Source of the DNA: Deltaproteobacteria bacterium
GTDB lineage: Bacteria; Desulfobacterota_D; UBA1144; Nemesobacterales; CSP1-2
Direction: 5' to 3'
DNA length: 64,000 bases
Assembly (NCBI GenBank): GCA_052390235.1
Contig: JBQTHB010000006.1
Location: 32,001 to 96,000, forward strand
Of this stretch, positions 39,298-49,572 are shown piece by piece; position 1 is the first letter of the stretch; every line of letters begins with the position of its first letter. The notes beneath the pieces were generated by a model. It saw only the letters and a list, made by a program, of their open reading frames with translations, had not been told where the DNA came from and made no database searches. A program made the translations under genes and the position numbers.

Positions 39298-40440
39298 ATG
39301 GCTCTGACAAAACAGCAAATAGGCCGCTACAGCAGGCATCTGATCATGCCTGAGGTAGGAGTAGATGGACAGGAAAAGCTATGTGCGGCAAGAGTCCTTT
39401 GCGTCGGCGCAGGGGGTTTAGGCTCTCCGCTCGCGCTGTACTTAGGCGCGGCTGGAGTCGGCAATCTCGGCATTTTGGATTTCGACGTAGTGGATTTAAG
39501 CAACCTCCAGCGGCAGGTCATCCACAGCGAGTCAACCATCGGCAAACTCAAAGTGGAATCCGCCAAGGAAAGGCTCCTGCAGATAAATTCAGAACTCAAA
39601 ATCACAACCTACAACACGCGCCTCAGCTCCGAGAACGCCATAGACATCATCAGAGATTACGACATCGTCGTGGACGGCACGGATAATTTCGCCACCCGCT
39701 ATCTCGTGAATGACGCCTGCGTTCTACTGGGCAAGCCAAACGTCTATGGGAGCATATTCCGCTTCGAGGGGCAGGTGAGCGTGTTCGACGCTAAAAGGGG
39801 CCCGTGCTACAGATGCCTATACCCAGAACCGCCTCCGCCTGGACTTGTGCCGAGCTGCGCCGAGGGGGGAGTGCTTGGGATTCTGCCGGGGATTATCGGC
39901 ACGATGCAGGCGGCCGAGACGATTAAACTGATTCTAGGCAAAGGGAATCCGCTCATTGGCAAGCTCCTTTTTCTCGATGTAATGGAGATGAAAATACGCG
40001 AGCTGAAGCTGCGCAAAGACCCAGACTGCCCGATATGCGGCAAAAACCCCACGATTACAAAACTCATTGACTATGAAGAATTTTGCGGACTCGGCAGGGG
40101 CGAAGATGTCGCATCGGAAGACGATGTTGAGATAACAATTGACGAATTCCATGAAATCAGAAATGACGGCAACAACATCGTCGTACTCGACGTAAGAGAG
40201 CCGGGGGAGCATGAAATATGCAGTTTTGAAGGCTCGAAACTGATTCCGCTCAACGAGCTTCAGTCGAGGGTCAATGAACTCGACACGGCCGATGAAATCA
40301 TCGTTCACTGCCATCACGGGATGAGGAGTCTCAGGGCGACGAATTTCCTCCGCAGCGTGGGATTTAAAAAAGTCAAAAGCCTCAGAGGCGGGATTGACGC
40401 TTGGGCTGAGGAATACGACCCAATAATGCCCAGATATTAG
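39298..40440 (+). CDS. moeB: Molybdopterin-synthase adenylyltransferase MoeB with rhodanese domain (MoeZ-like)
   Basis: RYSRH, VGAGGLG, SNLQRQ, CYRC, SCAEGGVLG, CPIC, rhodanese HCHHGMRS. Confidence 0.93.
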   Translation: MALTKQQIGRYSRHLIMPEVGVDGQEKLCAARVLCVGAGGLGSPLALYLGAAGVGNLGILDFDVVDLSNLQRQVIHSESTIGKLKVESAKERLLQINSELKITTYNTRLSSENAIDIIRDYDIVVDGTDNFATRYLVNDACVLLGKPNVYGSIFRFEGQVSVFDAKRGPCYRCLYPEPPPPGLVPSCAEGGVLGILPGIIGTMQAAETIKLILGKGNPLIGKLLFLDVMEMKIRELKLRKDPDCPICGKNPTITKLIDYEEFCGLGRGEDVASEDDVEITIDEFHEIRNDGNNIVVLDVREPGEHEICSFEGSKLIPLNELQSRVNELDTADEIIVHCHHGMRSLRATNFLRSVGFKKVKSLRGGIDAWAEEYDPIMPRY

Positions 40441-40462
40441 CTCAATTTTACCTGTGGATACC

Positions 40463-40519
40463 AAAGCTCCGGCGGTTGCCCCTCTGCGCACAGACAGAGT
40501 AGCCTGCCGGGGCTTTTTT
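40463..40519 (+). terminator. Rho-independent terminator (possibly bidirectional)
   Basis: AAAGCTCCGGCGG...CTGCCGGGGCTTT long stem followed by T run, between moeB and convergent tRNA. Confidence 0.65.
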
Positions 40520-40624
40520 ATTTGGGTTTTAGCGAATTTTCCCCGCCCGTGATGAGGCTGTGGACTCACTGAGGGCTAAAAGCTCGATTCGGGGTTCCAG
40601 AATATATTAAGAGGGGGCAAAAAA

Positions 40625-40708
40625 TGGGCAGGAAGGGAATCGAACCCTTATGGGCGTTAGCCCAACGACTTTTGAGGCCGCCGCGTCTGCCGGTTCCGCC
40701 ACCTGCCC
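40625..40708 (-). tRNA. tRNA-Leu(CAA)
   Basis: GGGCAGG/CCTGCCC acceptor stem, anticodon loop CTCAAAA, long variable arm, GGTTCGATTCC; CCA not encoded. Confidence 0.93.
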
Positions 40709-40795
40709 TGCTCTACTCGGCGCGCAAATTATATTATCCTCGGTTTGCGGGGGAATTCAAGACCGCAGAGAATCCCAGATACTTAGGGGGTTTCT

Positions 40796-40824
40796 TTGAC
40801 ACCCCCCCTGCGCTAGCGTAAAAT
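40796..40824 (+). promoter_or_regulatory. Sigma-70 promoter of gyrA
   Basis: TTGACA-17-TAAAAT. Confidence 0.7.
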
Positions 40825-40869
40825 TACCTGCCTCAAAAAATGGAGTTTTAGCAAGGAGTTTCGCCAATT

Positions 40870-43314
40870 ATGTCAATAGCATCGCAAATCGTGCCGATAA
40901 ACATCGAAGACGAGATGAAAGAATCCTATCTCAGCTACTCGATGAGCGTCATCATCGGGCGCGCCCTTCCCGACGCGAGAGACGGCTTAAAGCCAGTCCA
41001 CAGGCGCATCTTCTACGGGATGTACGAGCTTGGAAACGAGTGGAACAAACCCTATAAAAAATCCGCGAGAATCGTCGGAGACGTTATGGGTAAGTTTCAC
41101 CCTCACGGAGACGCCGCCATTTACGATGCCCTCGTGAGAATGGCTCAGGATTTTTCGATGCGCTATACACTGGTTGACGGACAGGGAAATTTCGGCTCGA
41201 TTGACGGAGACCCGCCCGCCGCGATGCGATATACCGAGGTGAGGCTCGACCGGCTCGCTGGGGAGATGCTCGAGGACATAGACAGAGAAACGGTTGAATT
41301 CGTGCAGACATACGACGGGAGCGCGGTTGAACCTACGGTTCTTCCAGCGAAGATTCCGAATCTGCTCCTCAACGGCTCATCGGGCATTGCCGTAGGGATG
41401 TCAACCAATATTCCTCCGCATAATTTAGGAGAACTGCTCGATGCCACCGTCGCGCAGATAAACAACCCCGAAATTTCCCTCGACGAGTTGATGCGCATCA
41501 TACCAGGGCCCGATTTCCCCACAGGGGCGTTCATCTGCGGCAGGGAGGCAATCCGGGAGGCCTATGCCACAGGGCGGGGGATTATAAAAGTGCGGGCTAG
41601 GGCAAAAATCGAGCGGCAGAAGAAAAACGACCGCGAGTGCATCATCGTTTCAGAAATCCCCTATCAAGTCAATAAGTCCAAACTCATCGAGCGCATAGCA
41701 GACCTCGTGAAAGACGAGAAAATTGACGGAATCTCGGACATCCGCGACGAATCCGACCGCGAGGGTATCCGCATAGTAATTGACGTAAAGCGCGGGGACG
41801 ACGCCAGAGTGGTATTGAATCAAATCTACAAGCACACGCCGATGGACACCTCGTTCGGCATCATTATGCTTGCCCTCGTGCGCAATCAGCCCAAAGTCCT
41901 GTCGCTTAAGTCGCTGATAGCCCAGTTTATTGACCATAGAAGAGTCGTCGTTACGAGGCGGATACAGTTCGAGCTTAAAAAAGCCGAAGACCGCCTTCAC
42001 ATTTTAGAGGGGCTGAAAATCGCCCTAGACCGCCTGGACGAGGTTATAGCCATTGTCAGAGGGGCGGATACCCCTCAGGCGGCGCGCGAGGGGCTGATGT
42101 CGAGGCTGTCGCTCACGGCGGTTCAGGCTCAGGCAATTCTCGATATGAGGCTCCAGAGGCTCACTGCCCTTGAGCAGGGGAAAATCATCGAAGAGCGCGC
42201 GGAACTCATAAAAACCGTCGCGCGCCTCAAGGAGATTCTCGCAAGCGAGAGGCTAATTCTCGACATCATAAGCGGCGAGCTTGCCGAGATTAAAGAGCGC
42301 TACGGAGACCGCCGCAGAACCGAGATAATAAAGAGCGTCGAGGAGATTTCCGAAGAAGACCTCATCGCCGATGAAGATATGGTCGTTACCATCTCCCACG
42401 AGGGATATATCAAAACGACCCCTCTTAGCGTCTATAGGAGTCAGCGCAGGGGCGGCAAGGGCAGAACCGGAATGACCACGAAGGAGATGGATTTTATCGA
42501 GAATGTCTTCGTCGCCTCAAAGCACAACTACGTCCTATTTTTCACAAACCTCGGGCGGTGCTACTGGAGAAAGGTACACGAAATCCCCGAAACGGGCCCT
42601 GCCGCAAAGGGCAAAGCCATAGTGAATCTGCTCAGCCTCGCTTCGGGCGAAAAGCTGGCGGCTGTGCTTGCGGTGCGCTCATTTGTCAAAAATCAGTTCA
42701 TTGTTCTAGGCACGAAAGAGGGGACAATTAAAAAGACCGAGCTTATGGCTTATTCAAACCCCCGCACCTCAGGCATCATCGCCATCAACGTAAGAGAGGG
42801 CGACGAACTCATCGGGGCACGTATCAGCAACGGAGACAATGAAATCCTCTTAACTACCCGAAACGGTCAGGCTATCCGATTCCACGAAGAAGGGGTCAGA
42901 GACATGGGCAGAGGGGCAACCGGCGTCATCGGCATCAGGCTCGAAGGCGAAGACGTTGTCGTAAGCCTAGAGGTCATCGAGAACCAAAGCGCGCAGATTC
43001 TCACCGTAACCGAAATGGGCTACGGCAAGCGAACCCAGGTTTCTGACTACCGCATAACCGGAAGGGGCGGCAAAGGGGTTATGACCATTAAAACCACGGA
43101 TAAAAACGGCGGCAGGGTAGTAGGCGCGTTTCTGGTTACAAACGATATGGATATTATTCTCATAACCACGGGCGGCAAGGTCATCCGCATGGACGCATCG
43201 AAAATAAGCATCTACGGCAGAGGCACTCAGGGGCTGAGGCTAATTGACCTTGAGGAGGGCGAGACCGTAGCCGGAGTCGCCAAGGTAATTGATAGGGAGA
43301 ACGGCGTGGCTTAG
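40870..43314 (+). CDS. gyrA: DNA gyrase subunit A
   Basis: [21 protein letters not shown], GyrA box QRRGGKG. Confidence 0.98.
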   Translation: MSIASQIVPINIEDEMKESYLSYSMSVIIGRALPDARDGLKPVHRRIFYGMYELGNEWNKPYKKSARIVGDVMGKFHPHGDAAIYDALVRMAQDFSMRYTLVDGQGNFGSIDGDPPAAMRYTEVRLDRLAGEMLEDIDRETVEFVQTYDGSAVEPTVLPAKIPNLLLNGSSGIAVGMSTNIPPHNLGELLDATVAQINNPEISLDELMRIIPGPDFPTGAFICGREAIREAYATGRGIIKVRARAKIERQKKNDRECIIVSEIPYQVNKSKLIERIADLVKDEKIDGISDIRDESDREGIRIVIDVKRGDDARVVLNQIYKHTPMDTSFGIIMLALVRNQPKVLSLKSLIAQFIDHRRVVVTRRIQFELKKAEDRLHILEGLKIALDRLDEVIAIVRGADTPQAAREGLMSRLSLTAVQAQAILDMRLQRLTALEQGKIIEERAELIKTVARLKEILASERLILDIISGELAEIKERYGDRRRTEIIKSVEEISEEDLIADEDMVVTISHEGYIKTTPLSVYRSQRRGGKGRTGMTTKEMDFIENVFVASKHNYVLFFTNLGRCYWRKVHEIPETGPAAKGKAIVNLLSLASGEKLAAVLAVRSFVKNQFIVLGTKEGTIKKTELMAYSNPRTSGIIAINVREGDELIGARISNGDNEILLTTRNGQAIRFHEEGVRDMGRGATGVIGIRLEGEDVVVSLEVIENQSAQILTVTEMGYGKRTQVSDYRITGRGGKGVMTIKTTDKNGGRVVGAFLVTNDMDIILITTGGKVIRMDASKISIYGRGTQGLRLIDLEEGETVAGVAKVIDRENGVA

Positions 43315-43407
43315 GGCGCGCATAGTTTATAAATTACAGAGCGCGAGATTGCCCCAGCCGCAGATGCGATGGTTTTGCTAAATAGATTTATATCCCCCCC
43401 CACTGCG

Positions 43408-44241
43408 CTACCCGCCGCAGGCGACAACCCTCGACAGGCGCAGGTCAACTGCCTGATTCGGCGGCAGTAGGTTATTTATGTCGTTGATTTCAAATGATAT
43501 TACAGCAACGTAGCTTCCCGTCTGACTCGCCTCGCAGGAGTAGCTAAAAGAGCCGCCAAAAGAGCCCATAATACCCATAACGGCGGCAAGCGCGGCATCT
43601 GGGGCGCAGTTGGAGCAAAGCACAGGGCTTGCGGAACTATCTGCGTACGAGACCGGAGGGGTTATGCCAAAGGGGCTTCCAACGGTTTGAAACACGGAGA
43701 TATTGGCTCCGAATGGTATCCCGACTGAGATAGCGGAGGGGATGTTTTGAGCCGAAGCCGTAACTCCAAGGGACACCTCGGCGAGCTGCGAGAAATGGGT
43801 TAGCTCCCCCGAAATTACCGTGGTATTGGACGCTCCGTCGGCCAGCTGAACGAGGTTCGGAAGGGCTTCTAGCGTAAAATTCGCCGATGTAACGAGCAGG
43901 GCAAGCCCGGTCTCAAGCGCCCCGCTGTTATTCAGAGGACTCTCGTCGAGGATGAGAGTGGCAGTTACGGGAACGGAGAACTCCAGTCCTTCGGGCATGA
44001 GTAAGTAGGAAGAGGCAACGGGCAGCGAGGCGAATTCCGAGGTTAGATTCTCCGGATCCAGCTCGAATATTCCGATAATAGTCGCCTCGGACAGCGCATT
44101 TGGGGGGAAGGTAAGCCGAAGCCGCCCGTCTTTACTCGTAACTGCGCCCCCTCCTGGCCCAATGATCTCCTGTTTTATATCGGACTGACTGCACGATAGA
44201 AATAGTAGCGCGCAAAAAAGCGGCAATATCAGATTTCTCAC
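43408..44241 (-). CDS. Hypothetical lipoprotein with ZU5-like domain
   Basis: GTG start after AAGGAGG; lipobox FLSC; IGPGGGAVTSKDGRLRLTFPPNAL...PEGLEFSVPV...THFS. Confidence 0.65.
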   Translation of the reverse strand: MRNLILPLFCALLFLSCSQSDIKQEIIGPGGGAVTSKDGRLRLTFPPNALSEATIIGIFELDPENLTSEFASLPVASSYLLMPEGLEFSVPVTATLILDESPLNNSGALETGLALLVTSANFTLEALPNLVQLADGASNTTVISGELTHFSQLAEVSLGVTASAQNIPSAISVGIPFGANISVFQTVGSPFGITPPVSYADSSASPVLCSNCAPDAALAAVMGIMGSFGGSFSYSCEASQTGSYVAVISFEINDINNLLPPNQAVDLRLSRVVACGG

Positions 44242-44581
44242 TATGAACCCCTCCTTTCGGCTTTCGCTCAGAATCATCCGCAAACCAAATTTCAGAGAAT
44301 ACGCGAACGGACTTAAAATTTACCTGCCTACGCGCCGCTTGGCTAACTAATGGCGGTCATGGATTTTATTACTTAAATCCGCTATTTATTATCTCATATA
44401 TGTAAAATCGGAGTCAAGAGGGCCTGTCTCGCGGGCGCAGTTCAGAGGCAGTGTCCGCATATCAATTTGAAAGGGCGCGGGGGGTATTTCAAAATCCGAA
44501 AAAAAGTGTTAGATTTCCCCGATATGTGCGGCAAGCAAAGCCATACGGATTCAAAATCACAATAGCGGAGGTTCAAGGGCA

Positions 44582-45622
44582 ATGAAAATACGGGCAATTT
44601 TAATATCCTTTCTACTCGGAGGCATCGCCCTAGCCGAGGGTGGGGTTCCCGAACCTAAAGACGGCGCAACCGTCTATGTAGTCCGCACCGGAGACACGCT
44701 CTCGAATATATCCCAGAGATTCTTTGGCAACCCGCTTCTGTGGCACAGGCTATGGGACTTAAACCCCAATATTGACAACCCGAACCGTATCTATCCCGGA
44801 CAATCCCTCGCGCTAAAGCCCAAGACCACAGTCGCCGCCGAAGCTCCAAAGGTCGGGGAGATGCCGGATTTGCCCGTGGTCAAGATTTCCCCCGAAACCG
44901 TGGAGCTTCCCATCGGAGCGGTTGACGAGCCTCCGCCGCCCGTTTTTTACTACTCGCGCAAGGGACACGAAGGGTTCATCGCTCCAGACGAGTGGGAGAA
45001 TATGGGGACTATTCTAAGTTCCGAGCCTCCGAAGGTTCTGCTCGGCGATGGGGACATAGTCTATGTGAACGTGGGTTGGAGGGAGAACGTGCGCGCGGGG
45101 GATAAATTCACCGTTTTCCGCACCACGAAACCCGCCCTGCACCCTCTCAACGGCAGAAAAGTCGGATATAAAGTCGCACTGCTCGGCGAGGTGGAGATTA
45201 TTGAGGTTCTTGGGAAGGACATAGCCTCAGCCACGATAACAAATTCCTACAAAGAAATCACCCGCGGCGCAAGGATAAGACCCGCCGAGCCGATAGTACA
45301 AGAGCTTACCGTGAGGAAAGGGAGCGAGAAGCGCGAGGGGATAGTTGTTGAAACGCTGAGCAACGTAGAGCTAAGCGGCAGGGGGGACGTCGTGTACATT
45401 GACCTGGGCGAGAAGGACGACGTAGTGGCGGGCAACACGTTTTCAATCTACAAACTACCCCGCGCGAGCGCAGACCCCGACGCAGGCAAACCGGCAGTCA
45501 TCCCTCCGGCGGTCATAGGGAAACTCCTCGTGCTGAACGTGCAAAGGGACGTCTCTAGCGCAATCATAATTGAAAGCTCAAGGCAGATAGAAAAAGGGGA
45601 TATGGTCAGCCTCGATTTTTAA
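44582..45622 (+). CDS. LysM peptidoglycan-binding protein (TsaP-like)
   Basis: Signal peptide; YVVRTGDTLSNIS...LWDLNPNIDNPNRIYPGQ; two repeated beta domains. Confidence 0.85.
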   Translation: MKIRAILISFLLGGIALAEGGVPEPKDGATVYVVRTGDTLSNISQRFFGNPLLWHRLWDLNPNIDNPNRIYPGQSLALKPKTTVAAEAPKVGEMPDLPVVKISPETVELPIGAVDEPPPPVFYYSRKGHEGFIAPDEWENMGTILSSEPPKVLLGDGDIVYVNVGWRENVRAGDKFTVFRTTKPALHPLNGRKVGYKVALLGEVEIIEVLGKDIASATITNSYKEITRGARIRPAEPIVQELTVRKGSEKREGIVVETLSNVELSGRGDVVYIDLGEKDDVVAGNTFSIYKLPRASADPDAGKPAVIPPAVIGKLLVLNVQRDVSSAIIIESSRQIEKGDMVSLDF

Positions 45623-45634
45623 ATTTCTGCCTAG

Positions 45635-46351
45635 CTAACTCGATTTCGAAGCCTCGCCCGTCATGGGAACGAACCGGACGGGAGCGATGGTTTTAATATC
45701 CGACCCCTCCTGCGTTTTGCGGATTAATAGAAGCTCCTGCGTTGAGCCGCCCACAGGGATTATCATCCTCCCATTTAGCCGAAGCTGATTCACTAGAGCC
45801 TTAGGGACGTGATTCGGAGCGGCGGTTACGATGATGCCGTCAAAGGGGGAATGCTCGCTCCAGCCGTGATAGCCGTCAGCGGTTGCGAATCGAATGTTGC
45901 CGTAGCTCATACCAGCGAGGAGACTCTCAGCCTGCCGCCTCAGGGCATCGTGTATTTCTACCGTGAACACCTCGCAGCCTAGGCGGGCGAGGATTGCGGT
46001 TTGATACCCCGAGCCAGTGCCTACCTCAAGAACCCTCGCGCCGCGGTTAAGCCGGAGAAGGTCGGTCATGAGAGCGGCAATGTAGGGCTGAGATACAGTC
46101 TGCTCAAGCTCGATTGACACAGGGGAGTCGTCATAGGCGAGATGAGACAATTGAGGGGGGATGAATTTATGCCTCGGAATTTCGAGCATAGCCTGAATCA
46201 GCGGCGAATTTTGAATCCCCCGCGCTAGAATTTGATTCTCAACCATATCCCAGCGCTTCCTAGTGAAAAGGGATTCATCTTCGTCATTGGCAAATCTGGC
46301 GAGCAGGATAATGGGCAGAGAAATCAAGCCGAAGGTCGCTAGCTCCATCAT
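45635..46351 (-). CDS. pcm: Protein-L-isoaspartate O-methyltransferase
   Basis: PRHKF, QTVSQPY, VLEVGTGSGYQTA, PFDGIIVTAA, VRFVPM. Confidence 0.95.
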   Translation of the reverse strand: MMELATFGLISLPIILLARFANDEDESLFTRKRWDMVENQILARGIQNSPLIQAMLEIPRHKFIPPQLSHLAYDDSPVSIELEQTVSQPYIAALMTDLLRLNRGARVLEVGTGSGYQTAILARLGCEVFTVEIHDALRRQAESLLAGMSYGNIRFATADGYHGWSEHSPFDGIIVTAAPNHVPKALVNQLRLNGRMIIPVGGSTQELLLIRKTQEGSDIKTIAPVRFVPMTGEASKSS

Positions 46352-46461
46352 TGCGAAGCTCCTTGTTGATAGATGCTTAACACGGGGTTAATTCGGATTC
46401 GACAGAGAATCTCAGTGCGGCACGGGGAGGAGCGGCAAATTAATAAGGGCGCGCGCCCCTT

Positions 46462-47415
46462 TTATATAATTCTCGAAATCACAATCTCAGCCCCTTCGTA
46501 GGGGTCAAGGTCGCCCCTTTTTACCGATGACAAGACCTTTTCGACCTCGCAGTCCCTGAGTTTTTCCCAGACCCTGCGCTCGATAATCTCGGACATAATT
46601 TTTGAGAACTCCCCTTCCCGCCTCTTTTCCCGTTTATGGGCGAGTATGCCGTCTTTGCGCTGAAAATCCCTATGGGCTTCGATTTGCAGGGCTAGCTGGT
46701 CAGTACCTTTAGCCTCGAGGGCGGAGGTAAGCACAACCGGGATTTCCCATCCGTCCTCTCTTTGCTTGAGCGAGGTCATGAACTTAATCTCGCGGGCGAT
46801 TTTATCAGCCCCCTCTCTATCGGCTTTATTCACTACAAACACATCGGCAATTTCCATGAGTCCGGCTTTCATCGTCTGGATTATATCGCCGGCTTCGGGT
46901 ACTAGCACAACCAAGACCGTATCGGCGATACCCACAACGTCAAGCTCAGTCTGGCCAACTCCTACGGTCTCAATGATGATGAAATCCATCCCGAAGGCGT
47001 CATAGAGCTTTACAATTTCCCTTGTGGGTCTGGAAAGCCCCCCTTGGCTTCCGCGGCTGCCGAGACTGCGGATAAAGACATTTCTGTCGAGCGCGTGATC
47101 CTGCATCCTGATTCTATCGCCTAGAACCGCTCCTCCCGTAAAGGGGCTTGAGGGGTCAACCGCCAAGACGCCGACTTTTTTATCTCTGCCTCTCAAATTG
47201 AGTATAAGTTCGTTGACTAATGTGCTTTTGCCCGCTCCCGGGGGGCCCGTAACGCCAATGACGTAAGCGTTGCCGGTCTTGGAATTTATGAGTTTTAGAA
47301 TTTCAGGAACGGACGGCGAGCGGCTCTCGACGACGGTTATAAGACGGGCAAGGGCGAGGCGGTCGCCTGAGAGCATCCTCTGGACGAGCGTTAATTCTCT
47401 TTCAGAAATAGTCAT
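46462..47415 (-). CDS. meaB: Methylmalonyl-CoA mutase-associated GTPase MeaB/ArgK
   Basis: GVTGPPGAGKST, AVDPSSPFTGGAVLGDRIRM, ETVGVGQ, VNKAD. Confidence 0.93.
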   Translation of the reverse strand: MTISERELTLVQRMLSGDRLALARLITVVESRSPSVPEILKLINSKTGNAYVIGVTGPPGAGKSTLVNELILNLRGRDKKVGVLAVDPSSPFTGGAVLGDRIRMQDHALDRNVFIRSLGSRGSQGGLSRPTREIVKLYDAFGMDFIIIETVGVGQTELDVVGIADTVLVVLVPEAGDIIQTMKAGLMEIADVFVVNKADREGADKIAREIKFMTSLKQREDGWEIPVVLTSALEAKGTDQLALQIEAHRDFQRKDGILAHKREKRREGEFSKIMSEIIERRVWEKLRDCEVEKVLSSVKRGDLDPYEGAEIVISRII

Positions 47416-47547
47416 CGTGATACGATAAATTGGCGGCAGATGTTTGTCAAAACTACGGAGGAAGGGCAGACGGCGCACATAAGCTACGCCATGCCCCCGC
47501 GGAATTTTTTTTACCGAGAACTCAGCCGAAAGCCGAGATACGCCCCG

Positions 47548-48756
47548 CTAATAGCCGAGAAAGCTCTTTAATATCCCGCCCAATTCAGAGGTTTCAATCT
47601 TCTCAAGAGCGCGTTTTTCAATCTGCCTTATGCGCTCCCTCGTGAGGTCAAACTTTTTCCCTATCTCGTCGAGCGTATAGGTGGTTTCTTGGTCTATGCC
47701 GAACCTGAGCCTCAGTATCTCTTCCTCTCTTTCGGTTAGGAGTGCTAGGGCTTCGCGTATCCTGTGGGTGAGACCAGTTTTTGCGATAAGCGAATCCGGC
47801 GCGGGAGAGTTATCGTCGGGGATAAAGTCGAGGAGTGTGGTTTTTTCTCCGTCAATTATCGGCGAATCTAGGCGCACGGTGTCATTGGTAGCCTCAAGAA
47901 TCCTCTTCACGCCCTCGACAGATATTCCGGCTTTGGCGGCGACCTCTTCGGGAAGGGGTTTTTTGCCCATTTCCTTGTGGAGCATCGAGCTTATGCGATA
48001 GACCTTGCTTGCCTGCTCTAGCACATAGACCGGTACGCGGATGGTTCTGGTCTGGTCGAGGAGCGCGCGGGAGATTGCCTGATGAATCCACCACGAGGCA
48101 TAGGTGGAGAATTTATAGCCTTTAGTGTGGTCGAATCTCTCGACGGCTCTCATTAAGCCGACGTTGCCTTCCTGAATTAGGTCTGAAAGTGGCAGAGCGC
48201 GTCCCATGTACCGCTTGGCGATACTTACGACGAGCCTTAAATTGGCTTTGACGAACCTCTCTTTGAGTCCCTTGGCGGTGTCAAGATAGTTTTGCATGGA
48301 ATCGCCGAGGGCTTCAATGCGCTTTGAGACCTCTCTCTTCTTCCCATTTCCGTTGGCGTGTCCGTTGGTTTTGCTTTTAGCGGGCATACAGGGGTTCTCT
48401 TTGAGCAGATTATCTAGGTCAATTTTTATCTCATGCGCCTTTGCCTCGCATTTTTTTATCTTAGACGACACCTCGACTTCCTGCTTGGGGGTGAGAAGCG
48501 ATTCAACTGCCATATCTTTAAAATAGGCGTACAGGAGTCTGAACTGCTCCTCAGGCGTCCAGTCAGTTTGAGGGGATTCCTCCTCGACTGGCTCAACTTC
48601 CTCAAATCCGAATTCAAAATCGGAGTCGTCCAAGCTATCGAGCGAGAGACTATCTTCAATATCAACAGACCGAAAAGCGTCCCCATCCTCCTCTATAAAA
48701 TCCCCAAGATTCTCTTGAGAAGCTGGCTCCTCAAATTCCGAATACTTTATCTCCAT
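47548..48756 (-). CDS. Sigma-70 family factor (RpoD/RpoS-like, no clear region 1.1)
   Basis: ANLRLVVSIAKRY, DLIQEGNVGLMRAVERFD, KFSTYASWWI, TRERIRQIE. Confidence 0.93.
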   Translation of the reverse strand: MEIKYSEFEEPASQENLGDFIEEDGDAFRSVDIEDSLSLDSLDDSDFEFGFEEVEPVEEESPQTDWTPEEQFRLLYAYFKDMAVESLLTPKQEVEVSSKIKKCEAKAHEIKIDLDNLLKENPCMPAKSKTNGHANGNGKKREVSKRIEALGDSMQNYLDTAKGLKERFVKANLRLVVSIAKRYMGRALPLSDLIQEGNVGLMRAVERFDHTKGYKFSTYASWWIHQAISRALLDQTRTIRVPVYVLEQASKVYRISSMLHKEMGKKPLPEEVAAKAGISVEGVKRILEATNDTVRLDSPIIDGEKTTLLDFIPDDNSPAPDSLIAKTGLTHRIREALALLTEREEEILRLRFGIDQETTYTLDEIGKKFDLTRERIRQIEKRALEKIETSELGGILKSFLGY

Positions 48757-49223
48757 CTTAGCGCTCCCCCTTTCTCTCTCTTAATTTTACTCTATACCCG
48801 TACCGGTCGCGCGCGCGTAGCAATAGATATATAATATGCGAGCTATCCCGATATTAACTAGACTTATTATTCGCTATGTATCCCCTCAAGACGGCCATCA
48901 GCGCGTCTTTCCTATCCTCTTCATCTTTACGGCAGATTGAGAAACTAATGCGGATAAGTCATTAAGGAGGAGGGAAATCAATAGCCCAAATTACAGTAAA
49001 TCCAAAACCCCGCCCCCCGCGCAATAGCCGAAAAGCCCCGAGCCAAATCCACTCATTACCCCACAATGCAAACGCTGGCTTGGGAAAAAGCCCCGTTTAC
49101 ACCCCCCCCCGCGAACCCGGCATCAATTTAAATAGCGGCTAAAGCCCCTGCGCCCCTCTTACGCGCCCTCATCCGACTACTACATCCATCCTCGTTTATG
49201 ACTCATATCCCAGCCTGCTTGAG

Positions 49224-49252
49224 AATATAAGTTAATTGAAAAGATTTGTCAA
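49224..49252 (-). promoter_or_regulatory. Sigma-70 promoter upstream of the sigma factor gene
   Basis: Minus strand TTGACA-17-TATATT, about 470 nt before the start codon. Confidence 0.6.
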
Positions 49253-49449
49253 GGCTTTCTCTTCGCAGTTGCATAATGAATCGGCGCATCAGTTGCGCGT
49301 TATCTTCGGATATAACGGCGCGCAGATGACCGTAAATAACGAGATTGTCCAAATTCTATAATAGATATAGGGAGTTGCGCACACAGATGAGAGCGCGGGA
49401 GGGATTTTACAAATTTAAACTGACTGTGTGCTAACGCTAATTGCCGCAC

Positions 49450-49534
49450 TGCCGAAGGGGGGACTCGAACCCCCACGAGATTGCTCTCACTGGATCCTGA
49501 ATCCAGCGCGTCTGCCAAATTCCGCCACTTCGGC
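49450..49534 (-). tRNA. tRNA-Leu(CAG)
   Basis: GCCGAAG/CTTCGGC acceptor stem, CTGGA-TTCAGGA-TCCAG anticodon arm, long variable arm, GGTTCGAGTCC. Confidence 0.94.
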
Positions 49535-49572
49535 TAAGGGACAAAGCACTATTATATATCGCCAAATTCACC

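Noticed and set aside
40624..40821. 65-aa ORF (and ORFs 49300-49518 and 49428-49655)
   Set aside because: They overlap tRNA-Leu genes
47548..48756. Assigning rpoD or rpoS symbol
   Set aside because: No clear region 1.1 and the motifs do not separate the paralogues without phylogeny
40625..49534. Segment between the two tRNA-Leu genes as an integrated island
   Set aside because: Contains core genes (gyrA, pcm, sigma factor); no integrase or duplicated tRNA 3' end seen
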